NCBI GenBank assembly: GCA_031366795.1
Contig: JANLOX010000208.1
Coordinates: 1-37,538, forward strand
Length of the DNA: 37,538 nucleotides
DNA from: Candidatus Eiseniibacteriota bacterium
Lineage (GTDB): Bacteria > Eisenbacteria > RBG-16-71-46
Reading direction: 5' to 3'
The notes beneath the pieces were generated by a model, which saw only the letters and a program-made list of their open reading frames with translations, did no database searches and was not told the DNA's origin. The translations under genes and the position numbers were made by a program. Positions 12,018 through 20,686 of the stretch are shown piece after piece; position 1 is the first letter of the stretch, and each line of letters starts with the position of its first letter.

Positions 12018-13160
12018 ATGCCCTCGCGCGCCGAACAGATCTTCGCCCTCGGCCAGAGTATCTGGCTCGACTTCATTCGCCGCGGACCGCTGGTTTCCGG
12101 CGAATTCGATGCGCTCGTCCGCGATGCGGGCGTCGTCGGCGTGACTTCCAATCCGACCATCTTCCAGCAGGCCATCACGCAGAGCGACGACTACGACGAC
12201 GCCCTTCGCGCACTCGTCACGGAAGGCCTCGAGCCCGAGGCCATCTTCGACCGGTTGTCGGTGGAAGACATCCAGATGGCGTGCGACCGGCTGCGCCCTG
12301 TCTGGGAGCGCACGCACGGCATCGACGGCCGCGTCAGCATAGAAGTCGGTCCACAATTGGCACACGACACCGACGGCACGATCGCCGAGGCGCGACGGCT
12401 CCACGCGCTGGTCGCCCGCGACAATGTGATGATCAAGATCCCCGCGACGGAGGCCGGCATTCCCGCCATCGCGCAGGGGATCGCCGACGGTATCTGCATC
12501 AACGTCACCTTGATCTTCTCGCTCGCGCGCTATGAACAAGTGATGGACGCCTATCTCTCAGGCCTCGAGCGCCGCGCCACGGCGAACCTACCGCTCGAAC
12601 CATTGCACTCGGTGGCGTCGTTCTTCGTGTCGCGCGTGGATTCGAAGATCGACAAAGCCATCGATGCCGCCATCGCAGCACTCCCCGCCGGCGACGCCCG
12701 TCGCGCGGAGCTCGAGGGCCTGCGCAGCAAGGCGGCGGTCGCCAACGCGCGGCTCGCGTACTCGCGCTTCGGCGAAGTGTTCAACTCGCCGCGCTTCGCG
12801 CCGCTCAAGGCGCGCGGCGCCCGCGTGCAGCGCCCGCTGTGGGCCTCGACCAGCACCAAGAACCCAAACCTGCCCGACACGATGTATGTGGACGAATTGA
12901 TCGGGCCCGACACCGTCAACACCGTGCCGCCGCAGACGCTCAAGGCGTTTAACGACCACGGCCACGCGGAAGTGCGCATCACCCACGATCTCGCCGCGGC
13001 ACGGCAGTTGTTCCCGCGGCTGCAAGCGCTGGGTATACCCGCCATGCAGTTGATCGACGAGCTGGAGCCCGAGGGCGTGACCTCGTTCTCCAAATCCTAC
13101 GCTGACCTGATCGACGGCATTCGTTCGCGCCGGCGCGATCTGATGGGGAGCGCACGATGA
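12018..13160 (+). CDS. tal: Transaldolase (type 2)
   Basis: GQSIWLDFI, GVTSNPTIF, MIKIPAT (Schiff-base Lys), INVTLIFS, VASFFVSRVD, QRPLWASTSTKNP. SD GGAGGA before ATG 12018. Confidence 0.96.
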   Translation: MPSRAEQIFALGQSIWLDFIRRGPLVSGEFDALVRDAGVVGVTSNPTIFQQAITQSDDYDDALRALVTEGLEPEAIFDRLSVEDIQMACDRLRPVWERTHGIDGRVSIEVGPQLAHDTDGTIAEARRLHALVARDNVMIKIPATEAGIPAIAQGIADGICINVTLIFSLARYEQVMDAYLSGLERRATANLPLEPLHSVASFFVSRVDSKIDKAIDAAIAALPAGDARRAELEGLRSKAAVANARLAYSRFGEVFNSPRFAPLKARGARVQRPLWASTSTKNPNLPDTMYVDELIGPDTVNTVPPQTLKAFNDHGHAEVRITHDLAAARQLFPRLQALGIPAMQLIDELEPEGVTSFSKSYADLIDGIRSRRRDLMGSAR

Positions 13161-14881
13161 ACCTGTTCAAGCTCGATCCTGCCAATCGCGAACGCGTCCA
13201 TGCCCGCATCACTTCACTCGACGAGCAGGGTTTCATGCAACGGTTGTGGGCGCACGACCCGGGCCTGTGGAGCGCCGATCCGGCGCACCAGGCCGTGGCG
13301 CGCAACCGGCTCGGCTGGCTCGATGTAGCGGGACGGATGGCCAACGAGACCGGCGACCTCGCCGCCTTCGCCGCCGAAGTCGCGGCCGAGGGTTACACGC
13401 ACGCCGTGTTGCTCGGCATGGGCGGCTCGAGCCTCGCCCCCGAAGTGCTGCGCCTGACGTTTGGCGTCAAGCCCGGCAGCCTCGACCTGTCAGTGCTCGA
13501 CAGCACGTCGCCCGCCGCGGTGCGCCACATGCTCGAGTCGCGCGACCCGGCGAAGACGTTGTTCATCGTGTCGTCCAAGTCGGGCGGCACGCTCGAAGTC
13601 GTCTCCTTCGAAGCGCGTGCCTGGGAATGGGTGAGCGCCGCCCGGGGCGACCAGGCGGGCCGTTCGTTCGTCGCCATCTCGGATCCCGGCACCTCGCTCG
13701 GCGCCCTCGCGGCCAGGCGCGGCTACCGTCGCGTGTTCGAGAATCCCGCCGACATCGGTGGCCGCTACTCGGCGCTGTCCTATTTCGGTCTCGTCCCCGC
13801 GGCACTCATGGGGATCGACGTGGCAGCGTTGCTGGCGCACACCGAGGCGGAAGTCCGGCGCAACCAGCCGGGCGGCTCGCCGATGCAGCAGCCGGGGCTT
13901 GTGCTCGGCGCCGCACTGGGGGAATTCGCGCTACGCGGCCGCGACAAGCTGACCCTGGTGCTCGGCAAGGAGATCGCCGCGTTCGGCAGCTGGATCGAGC
14001 AGTTGGTCGCCGAGAGCACCGGCAAGGACGGACGCGGCATCGTCCCGGTCGTCGGCGAGCCGCTGGGCACGCCCGAGCACTACGGGCAGGATCGCGTGTT
14101 CGTGGCGCTGTCCGTCAACCCGTTGCCGAGCCATACGCACCACGCACTCGAGATGCTGCAGCAGGCGGGGCATCCGGTGATCGAGTGGCGCGCGCCCTCG
14201 CTCGCGGGACTCGGCGAGGAATTCCTGCGCTGGGAAATCGCCACCGCCGTCGCGTCGAGCATCCTCGGCGTCGATTCATTCGATGAACCGAACGTGACCG
14301 AAGCGAAGCAGGCCTCGCAGGCTGTGCTCGAGCAGGCGGTCGCCAGCGGCAAGTTCCCCACGCGCGAAGTCGTCGCAACGCGCGACACGGTGCGGGCCGA
14401 AGCGCCGCGCACCGTCATCGATGCGCTGCGGCCGCGGCTCGCCGCGGATGCCGACCCCGCGCGCTGGGCGGCGGCACTGACCTCGCTCGCCACGCCGGGC
14501 GACTACTTCGCGATCCTCGCGTATCTCCAGGCGACCCCCGAACGCGACAAGCAGCTCGAGAAACTGCGGCTCGCGGCGCGCAACGCCACGGGAGTGGCGA
14601 CGACGGTGGGCTACGGTCCCCGCTTCCTCCACTCCACCGGCCAACTCCACAAGGGTGGCCCAGCGACGGGCGTATTCCTGCAGTTGACGGCGGATGAGGG
14701 CGCGGATGTCGCGATTCCAGGCAAGCCGTTCGGCTTCGCCACGTTGATCGCGGCGCAGGCGTGGGGCGACTTCGACGTGCTCGAGCGCCGGGGCCGGCGC
14801 GTCGTCCGTGTGCACCTCGGCAACCAGCCCGAGCGCGCGCTGGGCGAGCTCATCGAGGCGTTCCAGACCGCGGACGTGTAA
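13157..14881 (+). CDS. pgi: Glucose-6-phosphate isomerase (type usually found fused to transaldolase)
   Basis: LLGMGGSSLAPEV, SSKSGGTLE, DIGGRYSALS, EQLVAESTGK, FDEPNVTEAK, GYGPRFLHSTGQLHKGG. ATGA overlap with tal. Confidence 0.92.
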   Translation: MNLFKLDPANRERVHARITSLDEQGFMQRLWAHDPGLWSADPAHQAVARNRLGWLDVAGRMANETGDLAAFAAEVAAEGYTHAVLLGMGGSSLAPEVLRLTFGVKPGSLDLSVLDSTSPAAVRHMLESRDPAKTLFIVSSKSGGTLEVVSFEARAWEWVSAARGDQAGRSFVAISDPGTSLGALAARRGYRRVFENPADIGGRYSALSYFGLVPAALMGIDVAALLAHTEAEVRRNQPGGSPMQQPGLVLGAALGEFALRGRDKLTLVLGKEIAAFGSWIEQLVAESTGKDGRGIVPVVGEPLGTPEHYGQDRVFVALSVNPLPSHTHHALEMLQQAGHPVIEWRAPSLAGLGEEFLRWEIATAVASSILGVDSFDEPNVTEAKQASQAVLEQAVASGKFPTREVVATRDTVRAEAPRTVIDALRPRLAADADPARWAAALTSLATPGDYFAILAYLQATPERDKQLEKLRLAARNATGVATTVGYGPRFLHSTGQLHKGGPATGVFLQLTADEGADVAIPGKPFGFATLIAAQAWGDFDVLERRGRRVVRVHLGNQPERALGELIEAFQTADV

Positions 14882-14903
14882 CCTCTTCGCGAGCAGTCCC
14901 CTT

Positions 14904-14935
14904 CCCGGCGGGTTGCGATTCCGGCACCCGCCGGG
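14904..14935 (+). terminator. Stem-loop downstream of pgi (possible terminator)
   Basis: CCCGGCGGGT-N12-ACCCGCCGGG, perfect 10-bp stem, no U-tract. Confidence 0.4.
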
Positions 14936-15011
14936 GGAAACTCGTATCCGAACAGTTGCAGCTCCCTCGAACTCCCCGGCAGGCCATCGCCCCGAAAGGT
15001 CACCCGCATCC

Positions 15012-16325
15012 ATGTCGCGACTTCAACGCATTGTTTCGCTCGCCGGGCTCGCGCTGTTGCTGGTGACCGCCCCGGCCGTCCATGCCGCACCTGCCGCCGC
15101 ACCCGGGGCCGCGAAGGCGCCGGCCACCCGGAGCAAGCCCGCCGCTGCGCGCGCGACACGCAGTCCGCAGGGCGCCTCGGCCGCCGGCAGAATCTCGCCC
15201 GAGGCGGAAGCGCTGATTGCCGCGATCAACACGAACTACCGCGGGCTCACGAGCTACGACTTCCAGGGCAATTCGCACATGGTGGTCAGGGTCAGCGGCC
15301 AGCAGCAGGTCATCGAGGTGCCGTTTCGTCTCGCCGCGGCCAAGCCGTCGCGACTGCGCAATGAGATCATGAATCCCATCATGCCGAACGTCACGGTCTC
15401 GGACGGCTCCAAGACCTGGGTCTTCCTGCCCGGGGCGGGCCAGTACACGGAGAAGGACGCGGCCCCGCTCAGCAGCACCGGCGCCTCCGAGGGCGACATC
15501 GGCAACGCGCTCGCCGCGGGCACCCCGCTGCAGCGCTACCTGTCGGCGCATGAGGGACTCATCTCCGCGCGCGTGGTGGGCGAGCAGACGATCACCGTCG
15601 TGGGCGCTTCCGTGCGCTGCGTCGTTGTCGATGCGCAATACGCAACCCCCGACAGCACGCGCTTCAAGCTGTCCCCCAACCGCTTCTGGATCGATCGCGC
15701 GCGGCGGCTGGTCATGCGCGATTCACTGCTCGTCAAGATGAGCGGTCCCAACGGCGAGCCGGTCGAGATGTCGACGCTCACCACGTTCAACCGTCTCGAC
15801 ATCAACCATGTGCTGCCCGACACGATGTTCGCGTTCCATCCGCCGGCGACCGCGAAGAAGGTCGAGTCGTTCCAGCAACAGGGCATGCAGGAGACCGTGT
15901 CACCGCTGGTCGGCAAGCCGGCCTCCGACTTCTCGCTCAAGGACCTCGATGGCAAGAAGCAGAGCCTGAGCTCGCTCAAGGGCAAGGTCGTGCTGCTCGA
16001 CTTCTGGGCCACGTGGTGCGGGCCGTGCCGTCGCGAACTGCCCACGATCGCGAAGCTGCACAAGGAACTGGCCGACAAGGGCCTCGCCGTCGTGGCGGTC
16101 AACGTCGGCGAACCGCTGGCCAGCGTAAACGCCTTCCTGCGCAAGAACGCCTTCGAGCTCCCGGTGTGGTTGGACAGCGACAGCGAAGTGTCGCAGCGCT
16201 ACTCCGCCAACTCCATTCCCACGCTGGTCGTCATCGACAAGACCGGCAAGGTCTCCGCTTACAAGGTGGGATTGCGCGAGGAAGCCGAGTTGCGCTCCAT
16301 GCTTGAGGCGGCGGGACTGGAATAG
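15012..16325 (+). CDS. Exported LolA-like (DUF2092-like) domain fused to a TlpA/ResA thioredoxin
   Basis: Signal peptide ending AVHA, Ala/Pro linker, LolA-like motifs (VSDGSKTWVFLPGAGQY; LPDTMFAFHPP), C-terminal VVLLDFWATWCGPCRRELP and IPTLVVID. Confidence 0.8.
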   Translation: MSRLQRIVSLAGLALLLVTAPAVHAAPAAAPGAAKAPATRSKPAAARATRSPQGASAAGRISPEAEALIAAINTNYRGLTSYDFQGNSHMVVRVSGQQQVIEVPFRLAAAKPSRLRNEIMNPIMPNVTVSDGSKTWVFLPGAGQYTEKDAAPLSSTGASEGDIGNALAAGTPLQRYLSAHEGLISARVVGEQTITVVGASVRCVVVDAQYATPDSTRFKLSPNRFWIDRARRLVMRDSLLVKMSGPNGEPVEMSTLTTFNRLDINHVLPDTMFAFHPPATAKKVESFQQQGMQETVSPLVGKPASDFSLKDLDGKKQSLSSLKGKVVLLDFWATWCGPCRRELPTIAKLHKELADKGLAVVAVNVGEPLASVNAFLRKNAFELPVWLDSDSEVSQRYSANSIPTLVVIDKTGKVSAYKVGLREEAELRSMLEAAGLE

Positions 16326-16369
16326 CGCGGATCGCGCCTTCGGGCCTTAGCCCCGATGAATCGTCCGGA

Positions 16370-17365
16370 CTAACTGCTCGCAGCACCGCTGGCCATCCAG
16401 CGGGCGGCGAGCGCTGCATCGACATTGCCGCCCGAGAGGATCACACCGGTACGCAGCCCTGCTGCCGCGACCACGCCGGTGAGCAGTGCGGCCAGCCCCA
16501 GCGCGCCGGTCGGCTCGATCACCAGCTTGAGCCGCTCGTAGGCGAAGCGCATGGCGTCGATCAGCGCCGGATCCTCGACGCTCGTCACGCCTGCCACATG
16601 GCGGCGAATGATCGAGAACGTCAGCGCGCCCAATGCGGGAGTGCGCGCCCCATCCGCGATCGTGTCCGGCGGCGCGATGGTGACGATACGGCCCTCGCGG
16701 AACGAGCGGCAACCGTCGTCTCCCGCGGAAGGCTCGACGCCCATCATGCGGCAACCCGGCGACAACGCGGCGGCCGCGAGCGCTGTGCCCGAGAGCAACC
16801 CGCCGCCGCCCAGTGGCGCCACCAGCAGGTCGAGCGGCCCGGTCTCCTCGATCAGTTCCGCAGCGGCGGTGGCTGCACCCGCTACGATATCGGGATGGTC
16901 GAATGGCGGCACCAGCGTCAGCCCGCGCTCGACGGCGAGCCGCGCCGCGAGTCTCTCGCGATCCTCCCCGAGCAGGTCGGGATGCACTATTTCCGCGCCG
17001 TAACCGAGCGTGGCGGCCAGCTTGGGCGCGGAAGCCGTGCTCGGCATCACGATCACGCAGGGAATACCCCGTTCGCGGCAGGCGAGTGCCACGGCCTGCG
17101 CGTGGTTGCCCGAGGAGAACGCCACGACACCGCGGCGCGCTTCACCCTCGAGCTGGGAAATAGTGTTCCAGGCGCCCCGAAACTTGAACGCCCCCATGCG
17201 CTGGAAGTTCTCGCACTTGAGGAACACGCGCCCGGCCACGCGCGCATCCAGTGTGCGCGACGTCATCACCGGCGTGCGGAGCGCGACGCCCTCGAGCCGG
17301 GCGCGCGCCTCACCGATGCGGCGCGCCCAGCCCGCGACCTCCTCGGGTGCTTCGGCCGGCCTCAT
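16370..17365 (-). CDS. PLP-dependent Ser/Thr dehydratase family enzyme (threo-3-hydroxyaspartate ammonia-lyase/serine racemase-like)
   Basis: FLKCENFQRMGAFKFRGA, SSGNHAQA, PLGGGGLLSG, TIADGA, EPTGA, LSGGNVD. No regulatory ACT domain. Start ATG 17365 overlaps the fumC stop (ATGA). Confidence 0.88.
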   Translation of the reverse strand: MRPAEAPEEVAGWARRIGEARARLEGVALRTPVMTSRTLDARVAGRVFLKCENFQRMGAFKFRGAWNTISQLEGEARRGVVAFSSGNHAQAVALACRERGIPCVIVMPSTASAPKLAATLGYGAEIVHPDLLGEDRERLAARLAVERGLTLVPPFDHPDIVAGAATAAAELIEETGPLDLLVAPLGGGGLLSGTALAAAALSPGCRMMGVEPSAGDDGCRSFREGRIVTIAPPDTIADGARTPALGALTFSIIRRHVAGVTSVEDPALIDAMRFAYERLKLVIEPTGALGLAALLTGVVAAAGLRTGVILSGGNVDAALAARWMASGAASS

Positions 17366-18768
17366 CCGCCGGAGCCGCCTCCCAGTTCGAGCCCCGGCTC
17401 CGTCTGGCGCCGCGGATCGAGCGCGCGCGTGATGTCGGCTTCGCTGAGATTCGTCATCTCTTTCGCGAGTGCCCGCACCGGGCGGCGATCCTTGAACGAG
17501 CGCTTGGCGATCTCCGCCGCCTTGTCGTAGCCGATCAGCGGATTGAGCGCGGTCGCCATGCTGGGCGAAATCTCGACGTAGCTCTCGCACGCCTCGACGT
17601 TGGCGATCGCACCCACGATCGCCTTCTCGGCGAACACGCGCGACACGCGCGCCAGCAGGTGGATGCTCTCGAGTAAATTGCGCGCGATCATCGGCAGCAT
17701 GGTGTTCAAGTCGAGCTGCCCCCACTGGGCGCCCAGCGTACAGGCGACGTGGTTCCCCATCACCTGCGCCCCGACCTGCACCACCGCTTCGCACATGACG
17801 GGATTCACCTTGCCAGGCATGATGCTCGAGCCCGGCTGCACGGAGGGCAGCGTGATCTCGGCGAGTCCGCAGCACGGACCGCTGCTCATCAGGCGCACGT
17901 CGTTGGCGATCTTCATCAGGCTCGCCGCCGTCGCGTTGAGGGCGCCGCTCGCCCACGCCGCCGCGTCCTGCGCGCCTTGCGCCTCGAAGTGGTTGCGCGC
18001 TTCCGCGAAACTGGAGCCCGTCAACTTGCCCAATTCGGCCGCCATGCGCCGGCCGAATTCGGTGTGGGTGTTGAGCCCGGTGCCGACCGCCGTGCCGCCG
18101 ATCGCCAGCTCACGCAGGTCGGGCAGCGTCGCCTTGATGCGCTCGATCGAATGGTGCACCTGCGAGGCGTAGCCGCCGAATTCCTGTCCCAGCCGGATCG
18201 GCGTGGCGTCCATCAGGTGCGTGCGCCCCGTCTTGATGACGCCGTCCCACGCCTTGGCCTTTTCATCGAACGCCTGCCACAACTTCGCCAGCGCGGGCAG
18301 CAACTCGCGTTCGATCTCGAGCACCGCCGAGACGTGCAGTGCCGTCGGAATGACGTCGTTGCTGCTCTGGCCGAAATTGACGTGATCGTTGGGATGCACC
18401 TTGAGCCCGGAATCGCGCGCAGCCAGTCGCGCGATCACCTCGTTGGCATTCATGTTGGTGCTGGTGCCGCTACCCGTCTGGAATACATCAATGGGAAACT
18501 GCGCGTCCCAGGCGCCGCCGGCGACTTCGAGCGCCGACTTCTCGATCGCCGCCGCCATCGGCCGCTCCATCAGCCCCAATTCCGCATTCACCCGCGCCGC
18601 GGCGGCCTTGATGAGCCCCATGGCGTGGATGAATTTCGCGGGCATCGGCTGGCCCGAAACGGGGAAATTGTCCACTGCACGCTGCGTCTGCGGCCCGTAC
18701 AGGGCGTCGGCGGGGACCTGCATCTCGCCCATGCTGTCCTTCTCGACCCGGAACTCGGTGGTGCTCAT
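17362..18768 (-). CDS. fumC: Class II fumarate hydratase
   Basis: FQTGSGTSTNMNANEV, HPNDHVNFGQSSND, KTGRTHLMDATP, GSSIMPGKVNP signature. SD AAGGAG. Confidence 0.93.
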   Translation of the reverse strand: MSTTEFRVEKDSMGEMQVPADALYGPQTQRAVDNFPVSGQPMPAKFIHAMGLIKAAAARVNAELGLMERPMAAAIEKSALEVAGGAWDAQFPIDVFQTGSGTSTNMNANEVIARLAARDSGLKVHPNDHVNFGQSSNDVIPTALHVSAVLEIERELLPALAKLWQAFDEKAKAWDGVIKTGRTHLMDATPIRLGQEFGGYASQVHHSIERIKATLPDLRELAIGGTAVGTGLNTHTEFGRRMAAELGKLTGSSFAEARNHFEAQGAQDAAAWASGALNATAASLMKIANDVRLMSSGPCCGLAEITLPSVQPGSSIMPGKVNPVMCEAVVQVGAQVMGNHVACTLGAQWGQLDLNTMLPMIARNLLESIHLLARVSRVFAEKAIVGAIANVEACESYVEISPSMATALNPLIGYDKAAEIAKRSFKDRRPVRALAKEMTNLSEADITRALDPRRQTEPGLELGGGSGG

Positions 18769-18800
18769 GAATTACTCCTTGGGGCGCCCGCGCTGCGAGG

Positions 18801-19229
18801 TCAGGCCGGCTCCGGCGTGATTTCGAACTCGTTGACGACAGGGATCGCAGGATCCAGCGAAGCCTGCACGGAACAGTACTTCGTGTGGCTCAATTCGATC
18901 GCATGGGCGATCGCTCCCGCGTCCAGCGCGCGGCCACGGAAGCGGTGCAGGAGATGGATGCTCGTGTAGCCCTTCGGGTGTTCGGTGCGCCGCTCCCCCT
19001 GGATGTCGACCGTGTAGGCCGTCACATGCTGGCGTTTCTTGCGCAGGATGGAAATGACATCCATGGCCGTGCAGCCGGCCAGGGCGATCAGCAACGCTTC
19101 AACCGGGCTGGGGGCAATCAACTGCGGGCCGCTGTCGATGCTGAAGCGTTTGCCGCTGGCGGCGAGGCAATCGAAGCGGAGCCCATCACCGGACGGCTCG
19201 ACGAGGGTCAGGGTGGCAGAGTTGGCCAT
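18801..19229 (-). CDS. OsmC/YhfA-family protein
   Basis: SPVEALLIALAGCTAMDVISILRKKR and SHTKYCSV (two conserved Cys). SD GGAAGGA before ATG 19229. Confidence 0.88.
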   Translation of the reverse strand: MANSATLTLVEPSGDGLRFDCLAASGKRFSIDSGPQLIAPSPVEALLIALAGCTAMDVISILRKKRQHVTAYTVDIQGERRTEHPKGYTSIHLLHRFRGRALDAGAIAHAIELSHTKYCSVQASLDPAIPVVNEFEITPEPA

Positions 19230-19389
19230 GCGGAAATGTCCTTCCACGGCGCGGGAATCGAAACCCATCGGTAAAATCAGCCGGAGTGTAAACCTCGCCG
19301 CGTGAGCGCGCCAACCGCCCGCCCCTGAAGCGTTTGCGTGAAACTCTTGTCAAGTAAGGTTCCAGATCACATTCTGCGTTGGTACTTGA

Positions 19390-19419
19390 TTGCCCGCGAC
19401 GATTGAATTCCTGTATAAG
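19390..19419 (+). promoter_or_regulatory. Putative sigma70 promoter of the small HTH gene
   Basis: TTGCCC, 18-nt spacer, TATAAG inside a locally AT-rich tract. Confidence 0.45.
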
Positions 19420-19503
19420 AAATAGGCAACGCTCGCAGTGTTGCAGTAGCCCCTCCTCGGGGGACCACCTCTACTTCACGCCCCATATTGGGAGGTACCT
19501 TCC

Positions 19504-19869
19504 ATGGCCAAGACTCGCAAGAAGCGCCAGTCGTACTCCGACGAGCAGCGCGCCGAAATTCTCGCCACCGCGACCCGCGACAATCTGACGGCAATCCAGG
19601 TGAAGAAGAAGTTCGGCGTGACACCGGTCACCTACTACTCGTGGCGCAAGAAGACGGGCGCCGTGCGCAAGCGCGGTGGCAAGACGACGGTGGGTGTTGC
19701 CCGCGTCGCCGCCTCGAGCGGTGGCAGCAACATCGGCAGCCAGCTGCGTGCCGAAGTCCAGAACCGCGTGCGCCAGATCCTCCCCGAGATCGTGCGCTTG
19801 GAAGTGAACTCGTACCTGAACACGCTGTTCTCGCCGGGACCTGGCCGCAAGCGCAGCCAGAAAGTCTAA
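19504..19869 (+). CDS. Small basic HTH protein resembling IS3 OrfA/HTH_Tnp_1, with no transposase catalytic ORF
   Basis: RQSYSDEQRAEIL...IQVKKKFGVTPVTYYSWRKK, Lys/Arg-rich, C-terminal amphipathic helix. SD GGGAGG, GC3-rich codons. Confidence 0.75.
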   Translation: MAKTRKKRQSYSDEQRAEILATATRDNLTAIQVKKKFGVTPVTYYSWRKKTGAVRKRGGKTTVGVARVAASSGGSNIGSQLRAEVQNRVRQILPEIVRLEVNSYLNTLFSPGPGRKRSQKV

Positions 19870-19925
19870 CGAGCTTCAGGTTCACGGCGCGTCACCACAC
19901 GAGCCGCTCAGGTGACATGAAATTC

Positions 19926-19960
19926 GTGCGCGGTTCTGGTACTCCGGGGCCGCGCACTTT
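19926..19960 (+). terminator. Intrinsic terminator after the HTH gene
   Basis: GTGCGCGGTTCTGG-TACT-CCGGGGCCGCGCAC then TTT; 14-bp stem with 3 G-U pairs. Confidence 0.6.
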
Positions 19961-19978
19961 GCTAGTGCGGCTGGAGGT

Positions 19979-20686
19979 TCAGCTCAGCGGTTGCGCGCTC
20001 AAGCGCGAGGCGGCGGCGAGGTCGATGTACCACTCGCCCTCCCGCACCAGCGCCGCGGGGCAATCCTCCGCCCGGGTCCTGGGGTCGAGAGCGCGCGCGA
20101 CCGCGGCAGCCTTGCCCTCACCTGCCGTCAGCACGCAGACCGCGCGGGCCTCGGCCAGCACGCGTGGCGTCACGGTGAGCCGCTCCGGTGGCGGCTTCGG
20201 GCTGTCGTGGATCGCGACCACCCGCCGCTCGCTCTCCATCACCGCGGCCGCATGCGGGAACAGCGAGGCGATGTGGCCGTCCGGCCCCGTCCCCAGCAGC
20301 AACAGGTCGATGGGCACAGCCAGGTGAGTCTCGTATTCCCGTGCCGCCTCATCGAGATCTGCGGCCTCGGCCCGCATCGAGCGCAGCGCCGTCGCCGCGA
20401 GCCCCAGCGGCTCGAGCAAGGTTTCACGCACGAGGCGGTCGGTGCGCGCCGCGTCCCCCACCGGCACCGCGCGCTCGTCGGCCAGCAGCAGCACGCAACG
20501 TCGCCACCCGATGCGCTCGCGCCACGCTGCGGAGGCGAGCAGCCGGTACAACGTCACCGGCGTCTCGCCTCCCGACAACGCGACGCGAAACTCGCCGCGT
20601 TCAGCGATGGCCTCGTGCGCGGCTAAGACCATCCGCTCCGCCAGCGCCGCGACAGCACCCGCGGAGTCGGCGAAGACGCGGATCAC
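19979..20686 (-). CDS. pgl: 6-phosphogluconolactonase
   Basis: VALSGGETP, ADERAVP, LLGTGPDGHIASLFP, SPKPPPERLTVT, AGEGKA. GTG start overlaps the zwf stop (GTGA). Confidence 0.92.
   Translation of the reverse strand: MIRVFADSAGAVAALAERMVLAAHEAIAERGEFRVALSGGETPVTLYRLLASAAWRERIGWRRCVLLLADERAVPVGDAARTDRLVRETLLEPLGLAATALRSMRAEAADLDEAAREYETHLAVPIDLLLLGTGPDGHIASLFPHAAAVMESERRVVAIHDSPKPPPERLTVTPRVLAEARAVCVLTAGEGKAAAVARALDPRTRAEDCPAALVREGEWYIDLAAASRLSAQPLS

Noticed and set aside
17366..17956. N-terminal extension of the dehydratase ORF (528 aa)
   Set aside because: Alternative frame inside fumC; family similarity starts at ATG 17365.
19504..19869. Intact IS3-family element
   Set aside because: No OrfB/DDE domain, terminal inverted repeats or target duplication visible.
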